DNA of 63,302 nt, the filler included, from Octopus bimaculoides (lineage: Eukaryota): assembly GCF_001194135.2 (NCBI RefSeq). It is 4 parts of 4 records of this genome, joined end to end, with 100 filler letters (N's around TTAATTAATTAA, not from the genome) between each part and the next. Parts side by side here need not be neighbours in the genome. Positions count along the whole stretch, not along the records: positions 1 to 13,989 come from NC_068981.1; positions 14,090 to 25,617 come from NC_068990.1; positions 25,718 to 44,156 come from NC_068985.1; 1 more part is not named here. One strand, written 5' to 3'. The notes below the pieces were generated by a model. It saw only the letters and a program-made list of their open reading frames with translations, was not told the origin of the DNA and did no database searches. Of this stretch, positions 13,190-26,640 are shown in pieces. Numbering within the stretch: the stretch's first letter is position 1; each line of letters begins with the position of its first letter. The position numbers and the translations under genes were made by a program.

Positions 13190-13420
13190 GTGAACCACTA
13201 AGAATCAATATCATGACCTAAAGTGGATACACCTGAATATACCACCTGCTTACAAAGTTCTACAGTCATGAATGAATTCTAAACAGTAACATTAGCGCAA
13301 ATTTAATCAATAAAAATTTCTCCAAGACACCTCTACATCAGATTCTACCATACAACCTAATTAACACTCCTCACAAAACCACATACTCTGGGAAGATTTT
13401 AACTCAACTGAGACTACATA
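13190..13420 (+). mobile_element. Penelope-like remnant (RT-to-endonuclease linker)
   Basis: KWIHLNIPP...NLINKNFSKTPLHQIL...TYS loosely matches IWFNPP...KHFP...KI.N...SYS. Confidence 0.4.
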
Positions 13421-13599
13421 AAGCCAGGATTAACTTCAATGCATCGCAGTCAGACAATGGTTTAGATGGCCGAAGCTTCAAATCGCTGTCAATAATATTC
13501 TTGTTTAAGAATAATAGATTTGTACTCTACAAAAGTACAGATTAACCCTTCAGATTAATGCAAAATTGTTTTTCTTGTACCTGAACATAAAAGCAAACA

Positions 13600-13630
<31 letters not shown>

Positions 13631-13726
13631 CTGTGCGTGTATGTACGTAGGTTTACGTGTGCATGTATACATATGCATGCACCTATGTTTATGTGTGTGC
13701 GTATATATATAAGTGCACACACACAC

Positions 13727-13833
<107 letters not shown>

Positions 13834-14239
13834 TACATACATACATACATATATACATAATTAAGGGATCAGCAAAACAGTTGCTTCACCACATACCGAA
13901 GTTCAGAAATAGCAGCCAAAATGCTGAGACTCCAACAGATAGCATTACCTGTAACTCACAAAGGCAGTCTCACAAAGGAGTCTCAGCATNNNNNNNNNNN
14001 NNNNNNNNNNNNNNNNNNNNNNNNNNNNNNNNNTTAATTAATTAANNNNNNNNNNNNNNNNNNNNNNNNNNNNNNNNNNNNNNNNNNNNTATATAAATAA
14101 ATATATATATATATAAATATATAAATTTTCAAACTAGTGGCTAACATGCGTAATAAAGTCAATAGACAACATATTTTCATATATTATAGTGTACAAACGA
14201 TTAGGTATTTATACACGAAAGAGGTGACCTTTGACAGGA

Positions 14240-14640
14240 CACCTTACATGCTTTTCAATGAACAATCTTGAATGGTTGGCTTTTGGTGAAGGAGTGAGTT
14301 CGACATTGCTGCCCCTTTTTGAGTTTCCTACCATGATATTAGTTCATCTGGGACCTTAGATAGTTGGAAGTCAAGTTGTTTCTTGAAAATATCTATCCCT
14401 ACTCTATAAAGATCCCTCAGACGGCTTGGCAAAGCGTTAAATATCTGTGAGCTGTTGAATCTCAAACTATTGCAGTACAAGGCACTGGTTCTTGATGGGA
14501 TAACTGTGACCTTCGGAACAATGCATTGACGTCCAGTTTGGGCTCTGCTATAGCTCTCGTTACAAAATTTACATTTCGCCTAGCTTTGACATATCCTGTG
14601 TTTTTAACACTAAGCATGCATAAAGGGGTCTCTCGCAGAT
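14240..14640 (-). mobile_element. CR1/L2-group LINE, 3' end of ORF2
   Basis: Translation NSLRFNSSQIFNALPSRLRDLYRVGIDIFKKQLDFQLSKVPDE fits the typical LFN.LP...FK..LD..L..VPD C-terminus. Confidence 0.7.
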
Positions 14641-15035
14641 GAATTACTAGCGTTCAACAACACACTGTGTGATCATGATAATGTTCACACACGTACACAC
14701 ACACGCACACACATACACTTACACACATGTGTATTAATATTTATTTTTATGTTCCGTTATAATAAAAAACAACTTTACATTAATCTGATGCGTTACTCTA
14801 TACTATTGTAGAGCACAAATTATTATTCTTATCCAAGAATGTTCTTGACAGCGACTTCGAAGTTTCATTATAACATATATATTTATATTAAAAAAATAAT
14901 AATATAGTTATATAAACGAATAAAGAGAGCAATGTTATATTTAGCTCAGTTGCATTATGTTTATGTAACTATTTTATATATTTTGGCCATTTCAACTTCG
15001 AAGTCACTCTCAACAACATTCTTGTATAAGAATAA

Positions 15036-15038
15036 TAC

Positions 15039-15069
<31 letters not shown>

Positions 15070-15410
15070 TGTATGTATGCATATATGTATGTGTGTGTGT
15101 ATGTGTGTATGTATGCATGTATGTGTGTGTGTATGTGTGTATGTATGCATGTATGTGTGTGTGTGTATGTGTGTATGTATGTATGTATGTGTGTGTATGT
15201 ATGTATATATGTATGTATGTATGTATGTATCTATCTATCTTTCTATATGTGTAGCGTGATTATATGTATGTACGTATGGAAGTATGCTTGTTTGTATGTA
15301 TGTATGTATGTATGTATGTATATATGTATGTGTGTATGTATGTATGTGTGTATGTGTGTATGTATGTATGCATGTATGTATGCATGTATTTACGTATGTA
15401 TGTATGATTA
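15036..15410. repeat. (TATG)n/(TG)n compound microsatellite
   Basis: Visible repeat. Confidence 0.95.
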
Positions 15411-15624
15411 ATAATATAAAAGGATAGGCAGGCAAACAACTGGGACTGTATCAGATTATAACATTTATATATTTACAGAAAAGAAAGAGAGAAACGAACG
15501 TTTAAAGGTGTTTAAATCACAAGCGATCAGTAAAAGTTCGATTCAGTAATGTTTATAACGGTAAGTGTATATGCTGGTGTACTCGCGGAATACATAGACA
15601 CATAGACACACACAGACAGAGACA

Positions 15625-15694
<70 letters not shown>

Positions 15695-16344
15695 NNNNNN
15701 NNNNNNNNNNNNNNNNNNNNNNNNNNNNNNNNNNNNNNNNNNNNNNNNNNNNNNNNNNNNNNNNNNNNNNNNNNNNNNNNNNNNNNNNNNNNNNNNNNNN
15801 NNNNNNNNNNNNNNNNNNNNNNNNNNNNNNNNNNNNNNNNNNNNNNNNNNNNNNNNNNNNNNNNNNNNNNNNNNNNNNNNNNNNNNNNNNNNNNNNNNNN
15901 NNNNNNNNNNNNNNNNNNNNNNNNNNNNNNNNNNNNNNNNNNNNNNNNNNNNNNNNNNNNNNNNNNNNNNNNNNNNNNNNNNNNNNNNNNNNNNNNNNNN
16001 NNNNNNNNNNNNNNNNNNNNNNNNNNNNNNNNNNNNNNNNNNNNNNNNNNNNNNNNNNNNNNNNNNNNNNNNNNNNNNNNNNNNNNNNNNNNNNNNNNNN
16101 NNNNNNNNNNNNNNNNNNNNNNNNNNNNNNNNNNNNNNNNNNNNNNNNNNNNNNNNNNNNNNNNNNNNNNNNNNNNNNNNNNNNNNNNNNNNNNNNNNNN
16201 NNNNNNNNNNNNNNNNNNNNNNNNNNNNNNNNNNNNNNNNNNNNNNNNNNNNNNNNNNNNNNNNNNNNNNNNNNNNNNNNNNNNNNNNNNNNNNNNNNNN
16301 NNNNNNNNNNNNNNNNNNNNNNNNNNNNNNNNNNNNNNNTATAC

Positions 16345-16376
<32 letters not shown>

Positions 16377-16488
16377 CTGTCTGTCTGTATGTATATCTGT
16401 GTGTGCATACATATGAACTGTGTGCATATGTATGCATATGCTTGCTTACACACACAGATACGACATGTACGTTTGGGTGCATCTGTCC

Positions 16489-16528
<40 letters not shown>

Positions 16529-18059
16529 CTCTCTCTCTCTGTCTACATGATGAATTAAGTAGCAGCCATTCTACAGAGAAACATTTATAGGAAGCTATAA
16601 AATTCTTCGGCTACTTATATGATTGACATGGAGAGTCCAGTGACCTAGTTTCCTCTCCAGTACACCCTTCTATCCCACACCATCCCCAAGGAATAACTTA
16701 TATTTAATAAAAGCAAACACAAAGCATAGATAGAGGAAATTATTCCTTTCGTGTGAGAGTGATGAAGCTGAAGTGACGTCAGGAAAGTGGTGGTGGTGGG
16801 AGGAGGAACATAATAGAAAAGAAACCAAGATGGCAGCATTTGACACATTTCTGTTGTGTGAGCGATGTAGAATTTCTCTCGGACGACATCGTTCTCAACT
16901 GAAACGTCAGACATCATAAAGTGAGGAGATTTCCTGTGTACTCTTAGTTAAGAGCTTAAACTTTATAGATCGAATGCTTGGAAATGTTAGGGGTGATGGT
17001 TGCCAAAGAGAAGAAGGAGAAGAAAAGGAGGAGAAGAAGCAGGGGAGAAGGAAGAGGTAAAGTGAGGCGGAAGGGAGAGTAGAAATGGTGACATCTGATG
17101 TTGCGGTGGTTGTGTAGAATAGTAGTAGTATTGGTAGTGGTGTTAAGTGGTGGTCAGAAATTTCTGATATTGTAGAGTCGTAGTGTAGTGTTATGTCGCG
17201 GTGAGTGGTAAGTATAACATTACTAGGGAGGAGTTGTGGCGCTGAAAGTGATATTGTATGGAGGTAGTTGGTCGATGTAAAAGCAATATGTTGTGTTAAC
17301 TGGTAACCCCAGGTCAGCTATTTTCGAAGTGAACCAATCGCGACCATCCCGATGTTTTTAGAGAACTTAGGACTACATTATCCAACGTATTCTTTTCTAA
17401 GACGGTGAGGTGGGATTTGAAAGAGATTTGGTTGTTATTTCATGCAGGTCGAATGATCACAAAGAGATTCGAGATTGTAAGTAGTTAGAACACTCCTTGA
17501 AGTAACACGATCAAAGCTATGTGATGTCGTCTGATAGAAACAGAATATGTTATTGTAAACTCCACCAGGAGTGGCTCACATACAGACAAAGCCAACAACA
17601 GCAGCAGCAGCAACAACAACAACAACAATAGCAACAGTTGCAACGACAACAACAACAGCAACAATAATACTGCAATATAAATCTCTAACATTGACACAGC
17701 CCGCAAATATATAGGAAGAGTATGGAATATAGTTGATTGAAATGATTTTGACAACCGATGTTGGTGTGTTTATGTCCCCGATAGAATAAGTACTAGGCTT
17801 ATAAAGAATAAGTCCTGGGGTCGATTTGTTCGACTAAACGTGGTGCTCCAGCTTGGTTGCAGTAAAATGACTGAAACAAATGAAAGAATAAAAGAATATG
17901 TATGTATGTATGCATATATGTATCTACACACACGCGCGCGCGCACACACACACACACACATACACACACACAAAGAGACATTTAGGAGAGACCAACTTAA
18001 CACCTCTCATAATGTGATTTCGCCCTCAAAATAATTCTCATCATCTCATGAATAACGTA

Positions 18060-18275
18060 GATATTTTTACATATTGTAAATGTTGTATATGTCACCGGCA
18101 TCTCAACCTAACCACAAACAAACACAAACTAGGTAGCAAACCTAATGAAAAACTCATTAATATAACATCCTGCGATCCACTTAGAATTTCGATGAATGAT
18201 ATCAATAAAGAATTCCCTCACCTGTCATCATATACAGCAATGTTTGGAACTTGCTGCAACCCATTACAATAACTG
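18060..18275 (+). mobile_element. Penelope-like RT thumb remnant
   Basis: ORF 18048-18272 LNLTTNKHKLGSKPNEKLINITSCDP...HLSSYTAMF resembles NL...Y.PY.KPN..Y...SNHP...LSS...F. Confidence 0.55.
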
Positions 18276-19648
18276 ATTCAATGCGATTCAAAAGCAACGT
18301 CCTTCATACCCTCCACTCATCAGTAACTAAAAAAGAAAAAAGACATTATATATATTATCTAATTGATGCAGTCCTCCTTAAATGTTGTGTCTAACAAAGC
18401 TACTGACTAGCTTTAATAAATAAACATTCCTTCCTTCATCTTCAGTACAGTAAATAATTCAATAGAAATAAATTCAAACACAGGTACAGCTGCCCTATCA
18501 AGAGGAACGAGGCATGTCATTAATGAGGTCACAAATGACAACGTAAGGACTCTAACAAACTATCTGATTGATTGATTGATCGGTCGAATGATTAATCAAG
18601 CAATCAGTTAGTTAAACGGTTAATTGGTTAACTAGTTATTGGTTAACTAATAATAATGATAAAAGAGAAGTGAAACAGAATCAAGCATGCGGCTCTTATT
18701 GGTAAAATGATGACTATAACCACCATCATCTATATCATTCCCCTCCGCATCCTATCTTTCGTCGTCCTCCTCTCTTTCCCTCCCCACCTCTACCTTCTTC
18801 TACACTACTCCACACCCCTATCCCCTTCTCCTCGTCCCCATCCCTCCCAATCCTTTCCTTCCCTCCCCCAATCCCCCACCAGTCCCTATTCTCATTCCTT
18901 CTCCTCCCTCCCCAATCCTCCCACCAATCCCTCCTCTCATCCGCTCTCCTCCCTCCTCCATCTCCAATCTCTCCCCTCCTCCCTTATTCTTCCACCTCCT
19001 TCCTATCCCATCCTACCCTCGTCAATCCCTCCTCCTCCGCCTCCTCCGCCTCTTCCCATCCCCCCTTCCCTTCCTACCTTATCATTATCATTATTATCAC
19101 CACAACCATTTTTTGTGCGAAACGACATTATTATTGTTATTGTTGTTGTTGCACTCGCTAGTGTGGTACATTTCTATTGTTGCGAAGCTCGAACTAAAAC
19201 GGGAAATCAATGAAATTCAATGTATTGCGCTATGACGGAAAGGAAAGGATATCGACGTTTTGGACAGTTAGTCGTTTATCAAAAATGATGAAAGAGTAAG
19301 AGAAAAAAAAACAAACGATTTCGACAAGAAAAGTGTTTGTCCGAAATGAAAAATTTGGGTTCTTTTAAGATGATGATTAGCAATGAACAAAAAAGTAAGT
19401 AAATTCATTAGTTTTAGCAAACAAAATGGCGAGCTAACGCGGAAGCGCATAGAAGTAGCTGTACGTAGAATTTGTATGTTGTGTACGTCTGCATGAACGT
19501 ATTTGTGTTTCGTATTACAAGATGTGCCGTGTATGCCCGTAAAGGCGTGACATATCATAGAGACCGTTAAATATGAATATGTATGTGTGTGTTTGTGTAC
19601 GTTCGAAGGTTTGAGTAATTCTGAGTTTCCTTTCTCTCTATCACTTTC

Positions 19649-19905
19649 TTCTGTCTGTGTTCTGTCTGTCTGTGTTCTGTCTGTCTGTGTTCTGTCTGCC
19701 TGTGTTCTATCTGTCTGTGTTCTGTCTGTCTGTGTTCTGTCTGTCTGTGTTCTGTCTGTCTGTGTTCTATCTGTCTGTGTTCTGTCTGTCTGTGTTCCGT
19801 CTGTCTGTGTTCTGTCTGTCTGTGTTCTGTCTGTCTGTGTTCTGTCTGTCTGTGTTCTATCTGTCTGTGTTCTGTCTGTCTGTCTTCTGTCTGTCTGTCT
19901 TCTGT
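19649..19905. repeat. 15-bp minisatellite (CTGTCTGTGTTCTGT) about x16, followed by (CT)n
   Basis: Directly visible periodicity; explains the QTEHR and LSVCV repeat ORFs. Confidence 0.95.
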
Positions 19906-19912
19906 CAGTCTG

Positions 19913-20014
<102 letters not shown>

Positions 20015-20409
20015 ACTCTCTCCGTTTTGCGTATGTAAATTGTGAGAAGTATTGTACGAAACGATCTTTTTAATGCATGTATGTGCGAAGTGTACATTCT
20101 GAAGGGTGAGAAATCGTAGTACGCTTTTCTTTATGCGTTTGTGTCTGTGTTTGTACGTAGGTTCGTGGAGAGTGAAAGGAGTGTGTGAGTGAGATTGCTA
20201 ATGCGTATGTGTATTCGTTTGTTTGTGTGTGTATGTGTGTGTTTGTGTGTGTGTGTGTGTGCGAGTGCATGCGCATGTGCGAAGGAGTGTTTGTGCCGAT
20301 GTTTATCAGTGAGTGAGTTTGTGGAGGAGTTTAGAAGACGATCGGTTATCTATCGCAAACGAGGTTACTGTCTTCAAGTAGTGTCTTAATTGTTGTTACT
20401 CTTTCACTC

Positions 20410-20823
20410 TTTTACTTGTTTCAGTCATTTGACTGCGGCCATGCTGGGGCACCGCCTTTAGTCGAGCAACTCGACCCCAGGACTTATTCTTTGTAAGCCT
20501 AGTACTTATTCTATCGGAATCTTTTTGCCGAACCACCAAGTTACGGGGACGCAAACACAGCAGCATCGGTTGTCAAGCGAAGCTGGAGGGACAAACACAG
20601 ACACACAAACACACACACACACACACACAGACACACACACACACACACATACATATATACGACGGACTTCTTTCAGTTTCCGTCTACCAAATCCACTCAC
20701 AAGGCTTTGGTCGGCCCGAGGCTATAGTAGAAGACACTTGCCCAAGGTGCCACGCAGTGGGACTGAACCGAGAACCATGTGGTTGGTAAGCAAGCTACTT
20801 ACCACACAGCTACTCCTGCGCCT
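20410..20823 (-). mobile_element. tRNA-derived SINE family B (CORE-like), full length
   Basis: Head aggcgcaggag..ctgtgtggtaagtagcttgc...ggttcagtccc; caccttgggcaag resembles the MIR CORE motif; highly similar to 41453 and 61755. Confidence 0.88.
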
Positions 20824-20929
20824 GTTCATGACAAAGACATGATAAGAATAGCTCGTGCTATTAAATAAAAATGAATGAGATGTGAGCGAGATTGGCCCAC
20901 AGTGTTAAAATAACGGATGATATGCATTT

Positions 20930-21620
20930 GTGATCCGGTGTTGCTTCAAAGAGTATCCAACAAATGTTCTCTGAAATAAACAGCTAACCTAAAAAACGGG
21001 CTTCGCTCATTTACTGTAAATAACGGCTCTGGCGTTTCATCGCTAGATGGAATTTTTGGGCGGTATTCCATGACATGAAATGTGGAATCAGGCTAGTGTA
21101 GGGTGGCGATGTTGTTGACGAAGCGAAAGGTGTTATAATGGGAGTGGGAGCAGGAAAAGGATCCTGTCTGGATGAAGAGAGGAGTGAAGGAACTGTGGAC
21201 TAGAATGTCGCCCATGATATAGTCATTTGGGAGGTCGTAGGGCTGGTTTAAAGGAGATGAAATCTGCGCAGGATGAATGGTGCTCGTTGAATGGTGGAGT
21301 GAAGTTGAGGGATGTAAGTGGGTACGGGATAGGAGACCAGAGGTGTGATTAATACCGAGGGCACGATGGTGAGCTACGTCTGCGGCAATTGGGGTTAACT
21401 AAGTTGTAGTAAGAAGGGGTCTGTTTGGTGGGACTTGATCTCAAAGTCAGAATGTCGGCTATAGAGGTGCTAGAGATGCCGGAATTTAGACTAGGGGATA
21501 GATAGGTGTGAATGGAGGTAAGCTGAGATGAAATTGAAATAGAAGTGCGAGTAACTAGGGTGTAAAAGAGAGAAGTGGAGGGGTCGATGTAGCAAATATA
21601 ACCAGAGATGTGCAGTAAGT
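20930..21620 (-). mobile_element. Penelope-like element remnant (RT to GIY-YIG)
   Basis: Decayed ICYID...SSTSI.D.L...PTKQTPSYY pattern like RYIDD...SI.FLD...KPT...YL; partly in ORF 21349-21882. Confidence 0.5.
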
Positions 21621-21885
21621 TGACAGAGGTGATGTTGGTGGTGGCGGTGTTGGTGATGGTGTTGGTGGTGATGATAGTGGTGGTGGCAGTGTTAGTGTTG
21701 ATGGCGGAGATGATAGATGGGAATTCTATTGCAGCATGCAACGAATTAACGAAAGAAATGAAGATGAGCTGTTTGTGGGCTAAAGGAGGTGGCGACACCA
21801 CAGTCGTCGATGTAACGACCGTATAGCTTCTAGGTTGGGGCTGCTGAAACGGAGAGTGATCTGACCTGGAGGTAACCGACAAACT

Positions 21886-21886
<1 letters not shown>

Positions 21887-21944
<58 letters not shown>

Positions 21945-22540
21945 TGTAGTAGAAATGGTGGTGTTTGTTACAGCTGTAGCAGTGATAGTAGTAGTTGCAG
22001 TGGCAGTGATGGTGCGGATAGTGATGGTAATGGTGGTAGTGGTTACAATGGTAGCGATAGTAGCAATAGTGGTGGTGGTGGTAGTGGTGATTATAATGTT
22101 GGTGGTGATGGCAGCGATAACTGACCGTAATGGTTATGGCAGTGATGGTGGTGGTGGTAGTAGTAATAGAGTTGGTGTTGGTGATTATGTTGGTGGTGCA
22201 TTGGGTTGTAGTGGTTGTGGTGGTGGTGGCGATGGTGGTGATGGTGGTGGTAGTAGTGGTGGTAGTGATGGTGATGATGATGTTAGTAGTGGCTGTGATG
22301 GTCGTGGTGGTAGTGATGGTGGTTGTGATGGTGGTATTGATGGTGATGGTGGTAGTGCTGATGATGGCGGTGATGAGGGTGGTGACGGTGGCTATGGTGG
22401 TGGTGGTAGCGTTGGTGGTAGTAGTGGTGGTAGTGATGCTGGTGGTGGTGGTGGTGGTGATGGCGACGGCGGTGGTGCTTTCGATGATGGTAGTCTTAGT
22501 GGTGATAGGGTGGAAGCGGCGGAGATGGTGTTAGTAATGT
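21887..22540. repeat. (GTA)n plus cryptic (GGT/GAT/AGT)n low-complexity tract
   Basis: Visible trinucleotide composition; source of poly-V and poly-G ORFs. Confidence 0.9.
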
Positions 22541-23039
22541 ATTGATGATATCCCAGATGGCCGTGATGTGTCCCAGGAATGTGTCCTAACCTGACTCAGC
22601 AAATCCGCCCCCGCACTTCCTCCTTCGTTATTCACACCTCCCCTTCCTCCTCCTTCTCTTCCTACTCCTGCTACTCCCGCCACTCCTCCTCTATATGACA
22701 TAAACATGTCACCATATCAGGAATATAAAAGCCAGAACGAAGTAGAAGAATGGAGAGTCGAGAGAAGAGACCGGCGGGAGGGAGAGGGGGAAGAGAAAGA
22801 GAAAAAATGTTCTCACACACACACATACACATAGATATGCTCTCACACATACACACACATACACACACACACACACAAGCACACATGCTCACATACATAA
22901 TGCATACGCACGCATGAGTTACACAACACATAAACACACATTTATAATATGAGAATGAACATAAACAAACATTCTTAGAAACACACACTCACGCACACAC
23001 ACACACTCATGCACACACACACACACTCACGCACACACA

Positions 23040-23290
23040 CACACAGAAAAGCACTAGCAAACCAACAGACATACACTCATGCATACGCGCACAAGTGCAT
23101 ATACGCACGCGCAAAAACACAGAAAGACACACATTCACACGCACATACACACGCACACACACATACACACACACACACACAGAGAAAAACACTAGCAAAC
23201 CAACAGACGCATACTTATGCATACGCAGACAAGTACATATACACACGCACAAATACACAGAAAGACACACATAAACACACACACATACAC
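23040..23290. repeat. Tandem duplication of a ~135-bp CA-rich unit
   Basis: cactagcaaaccaacagac...acacagaaagacacaca occurs twice. Confidence 0.85.
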
Positions 23291-24762
23291 ACATGCACAC
23301 TCATAGCTGTACTCTTACACGAAGATACACACATACCACACATACTCTGACACATAGGTGCACATACATATGCACTTACGCACAGATTATGCACACAGAC
23401 TCGCACACAGTCACACACATACACACATGCACACGTAGAGGCCACAGAGAGACATAGCGAGGCACGAGGCGGCACACAATGGACGGACAGGATTCATTGA
23501 CTGGTTGTGAGGAACGCTGTGTTAGGAGGAAGAGGCGGAGGGGTGAGGGTGAGAGATAGTTGAGGGAAGTGTTTGTAAGGAGTGGTAGTAAGAGGGAGTA
23601 ATTTATTTAGAGAGAAAGAGAAAGAGAGAAAAAGAAAGAGGTGGTAGGGAGTATGATAGAAAAGAGTGTATGTTAGGAAAAAGTGAGACAGAGAGGGAGA
23701 CAGAAATGAAGAACCAGAAATAAAGAGAGAAAGGAAGACAGAGAGAGATAGAGAGATAAAGAGAGAAAGAGAGAGAAATAGAGTGAGATAGTGCGCACGT
23801 GTTTGTGTGTGTAGGTGGTTGGGGTGGGTTGAATTTGGTAGTGGGTTGTGAGTGGATGTGTGCGGTGTAGGAACAGGGTTGTCTGTATGTGTGTGGCATC
23901 GAAAATGTGAGAGCGGAAGAGAAGGGGAAAGAAAGAGAAATAGAGAAGTTGAGAGAAAGAGAGAGAAGGAGAGAAATTGAATATGAGAAGGAAAAGAAGG
24001 GAGAAATGGAAAGTGAAAGTGAAAATAGCGAAAAATAAGAGAAGGTAAGAAATATAGAGAGAAAGCAATGTAGGGAGAGAAAAAGAGAGAGAGAAGAAGA
24101 CGAAGATGGAGAAGGAGAAAGACAGAGAAATTATAAAGCCTCATAATTTATTTGGAAGTTATTTTGTAAAAGATTCATACCTTCACATTCTGAGTTGTAT
24201 TTGGCCCAGGAGTAGCATGTGAATTCTAGCATTAGCATATATATATATATATATATATAAACAATATATGAGTATATGCATGCACATACCTTCATCTACA
24301 TGTACATATAGATACATATCTGGGTACATGACGTTGCAAAAAAACATGGACAAAATGATAAACAAGGTACAAAAAACAAGCAGGCCACATAGAGAACATA
24401 TCCTTCATCAGTTGCCACCATTAAAACACTGGCGTTTCGAAGTATGTATGTTTGTATGTATGTATGTATGTATGTATGTATGTATGTATATATGTATGTA
24501 TGTATGTATATATATATATATATATAAATTTATATCGATTCAATTGTCGATATTCAATAAATGCTTGAGTTGCAATGTATATTGTTGTAGTCACTTCGGT
24601 CCAAGTGAAAGACTTTTCAGCCGTGACCATTCAATGTAGGGGATATAAAGAATCACATTATTCATTGTGAAGTTTTCATTTTAAGAAAGTTCAGTATGAC
24701 AGGAATTAGTTCTGGCTGCTATTTCTTGCAGAGTCGGCCGACAATGAAGAGACCCTGCAGAT

Positions 24763-25025
24763 CAGTGTTTGACAACCCTTTTTTTACGTATGGACCCTTT
24801 TGATTACTACTAGTGACCCTTCATAACTAGTCGATGCTCAAAAAAAAAAAAGAAAAGAAAATCAAATTTTTATGATCGAATATTATTAGGAATTCTATTA
24901 AAAATTGTTAAAATATTTTGCGCATTTTAGAAATATAACCAATTTATTGCTCACAAACTTCGACAGCAAAATCTTACATGACCCCCACCCACTAAAGGTC
25001 ATAAGAACCCTGGTTGACAACCTCG
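24763..25025. mobile_element. Degenerate hAT-like MITE
   Basis: Ends cagtgtttgacaacc and ggttgacaacc resemble CAGTGGTTCTCAACC TIRs; internal ggacccc motifs. A lone similar TIR lies at 12736-12750. Confidence 0.45.
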
Positions 25026-25182
25026 CACTTTGAAGAATATTTCGTTATCATTTTTTTCTGAACTTTTTCGCATTACTAGGTTCCCATGGGAATTCCTTCG
25101 CAAATTTATATAAAAAATTTGGTTTTATATAAAACACATCATGCTATGATTTTTACAGTAATTAAACGCTAATTATTTTAAA

Positions 25183-25580
25183 AATCGCAGGCGTGGTTCT
25201 ATAGTAAGAAGGCGTGGCTCTATGGTTGCTTCTCAGTCATATGGTACCGAGTTCAATCCTTGAGCGTGGCAAGTGCTTTCTACTATAATCACGGGTCAAC
25301 AAAAGCCTTATGAATGGATTTGGTAGACGATATATATGATATACATATATGTATGTATGTATGTATATGTGTGTGTGTTTTCTCCCACCACACCTTGACA
25401 ACCAGTGTTGGTTTATTTATGTCACCGTAACTTAGCGGTTTCACAAAAGAGGACGATTTTATATGAACCAGATTTATAGAAAGATACTGGGGTCGATCTC
25501 TCCGACAAAATCTTTCAAGACAGTGCCCCAGCATGGTCGTAGTCCAATGACTGAAAAAAAATAAAAGATAAAAGATAAAA
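25183..25580 (+). mobile_element. SINE family B, divergent copy; tail or head fragments also at ~8197, 9135, 17750, 29890, 32985, 33710, 34260, 38050
   Basis: Shared ggcaagtgctttctactata, gacaaccagtgttggt and cagcatgg.cgcagtc..atgactgaaa motifs. Confidence 0.7.
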
Positions 25581-26149
25581 TCAGTCTAAGAAAAATAAAG
25601 AATTTTTCAACCTAAGANNNNNNNNNNNNNNNNNNNNNNNNNNNNNNNNNNNNNNNNNNNNTTAATTAATTAANNNNNNNNNNNNNNNNNNNNNNNNNNN
25701 NNNNNNNNNNNNNNNNNCGTTATCCATATTGAAAAAGTTTTCGTTTTACACGATGGTAGTTTGCTATCTCTCTAAAAGAGAGCAGCAAAAAAGAAAATTT
25801 TTGCCCCGCAGGGCGCAATTCCACAGGAACAACAGTTGAAACTTGACAAAATTCACACCAAACAGCAACAAAAAGGACAGAAACAACTCACTAAACTAGG
25901 CAGAAGCAATTCAAATCAATACGACGAGCCGGAAGTAGCCTGCCAGCTGGATAGAGAGGCCTGTTTCTCCTTCACAAACTTATGTAAATCATAGTGAAGT
26001 TCATTCACTGATCAGCAAAATTAGAAATACAGGTTGCGTTGATTTAACCTGTAAGCACTATTTTTAGTCGGATCGATATACTGGGTACTGAAGTAATCCA
26101 GTGGGATATTTAGGCTGTGCACACAGAGAAAATTCACCGCTACGAGTAC

Positions 26150-26640
26150 TTAACGCCTGGGGCTGGTCCAAATGGCGCGTTGGGTCGCAAATCCCTTTGG
26201 TGTATTATTAGCAATGAAGGGTGGAGGTGTTGGGTGTGGCGTCGGAATTACAGTCGAGGAAGTATTGGAGGGCTAAGAGGCTGTAGTTGTGGGGGAATCA
26301 CAGTGTAGAATGATTTTATGTTCAAGGTGAAAAGGAGGCGTGAAGGGCCGGGAGGGAAGGAGAAGGAATTGAAGAGGCGAAGGGCGTGGTTGGTGTCATG
26401 TATATAAGAGAGCAGTGACGTATATAAGAGTTCTGTGAGGCAGCTACAGGCGGAAACAATGGGGAAGCCTGGGTTGTCGTGACGCTGTGTGGACGTGTGG
26501 AAAACGCTTGCAGTTTAATGCGGCGCAGGAACTGGTTGACATCAGTGCGAGTCCCAAATTCATCACAGTGGGGCGTGAGAAGTGTGTGTTTGGGAGAGAG
26601 GGGTAGAAAGTCAGAGGAGGGGAGAGAATAGGAACGCATA
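26150..26640 (-). mobile_element. Penelope-like element, N-terminus plus RT with internal deletion
   Basis: DEFGTRTDVNQFLRRIKLQAF and FTLNIKSFYTVIPHNYSLLALQYFLD match PLE motifs (D...F.RR.RL and MDV.SLYT.IPH). Confidence 0.65.

Noticed and set aside
14034-14045. TTAATTAATTAA islands inside N runs (also 25662-25673 and 44201-44212)
   Set aside because: Each has exactly 44 N on both sides (100 bp total) and stops in all six frames. This is an artificial gap linker, not biology.
18707-19213. Pro/Ser-rich ORF (also 23494-24144 Leu/Phe/Ser-rich)
   Set aside because: CT/GA low-complexity DNA.
21955-22545. Gly/Asp-rich 196-aa ORF resembling a structural protein
   Set aside because: Cryptic GGT/GAT repeat that is open in several frames, with no unique domain.
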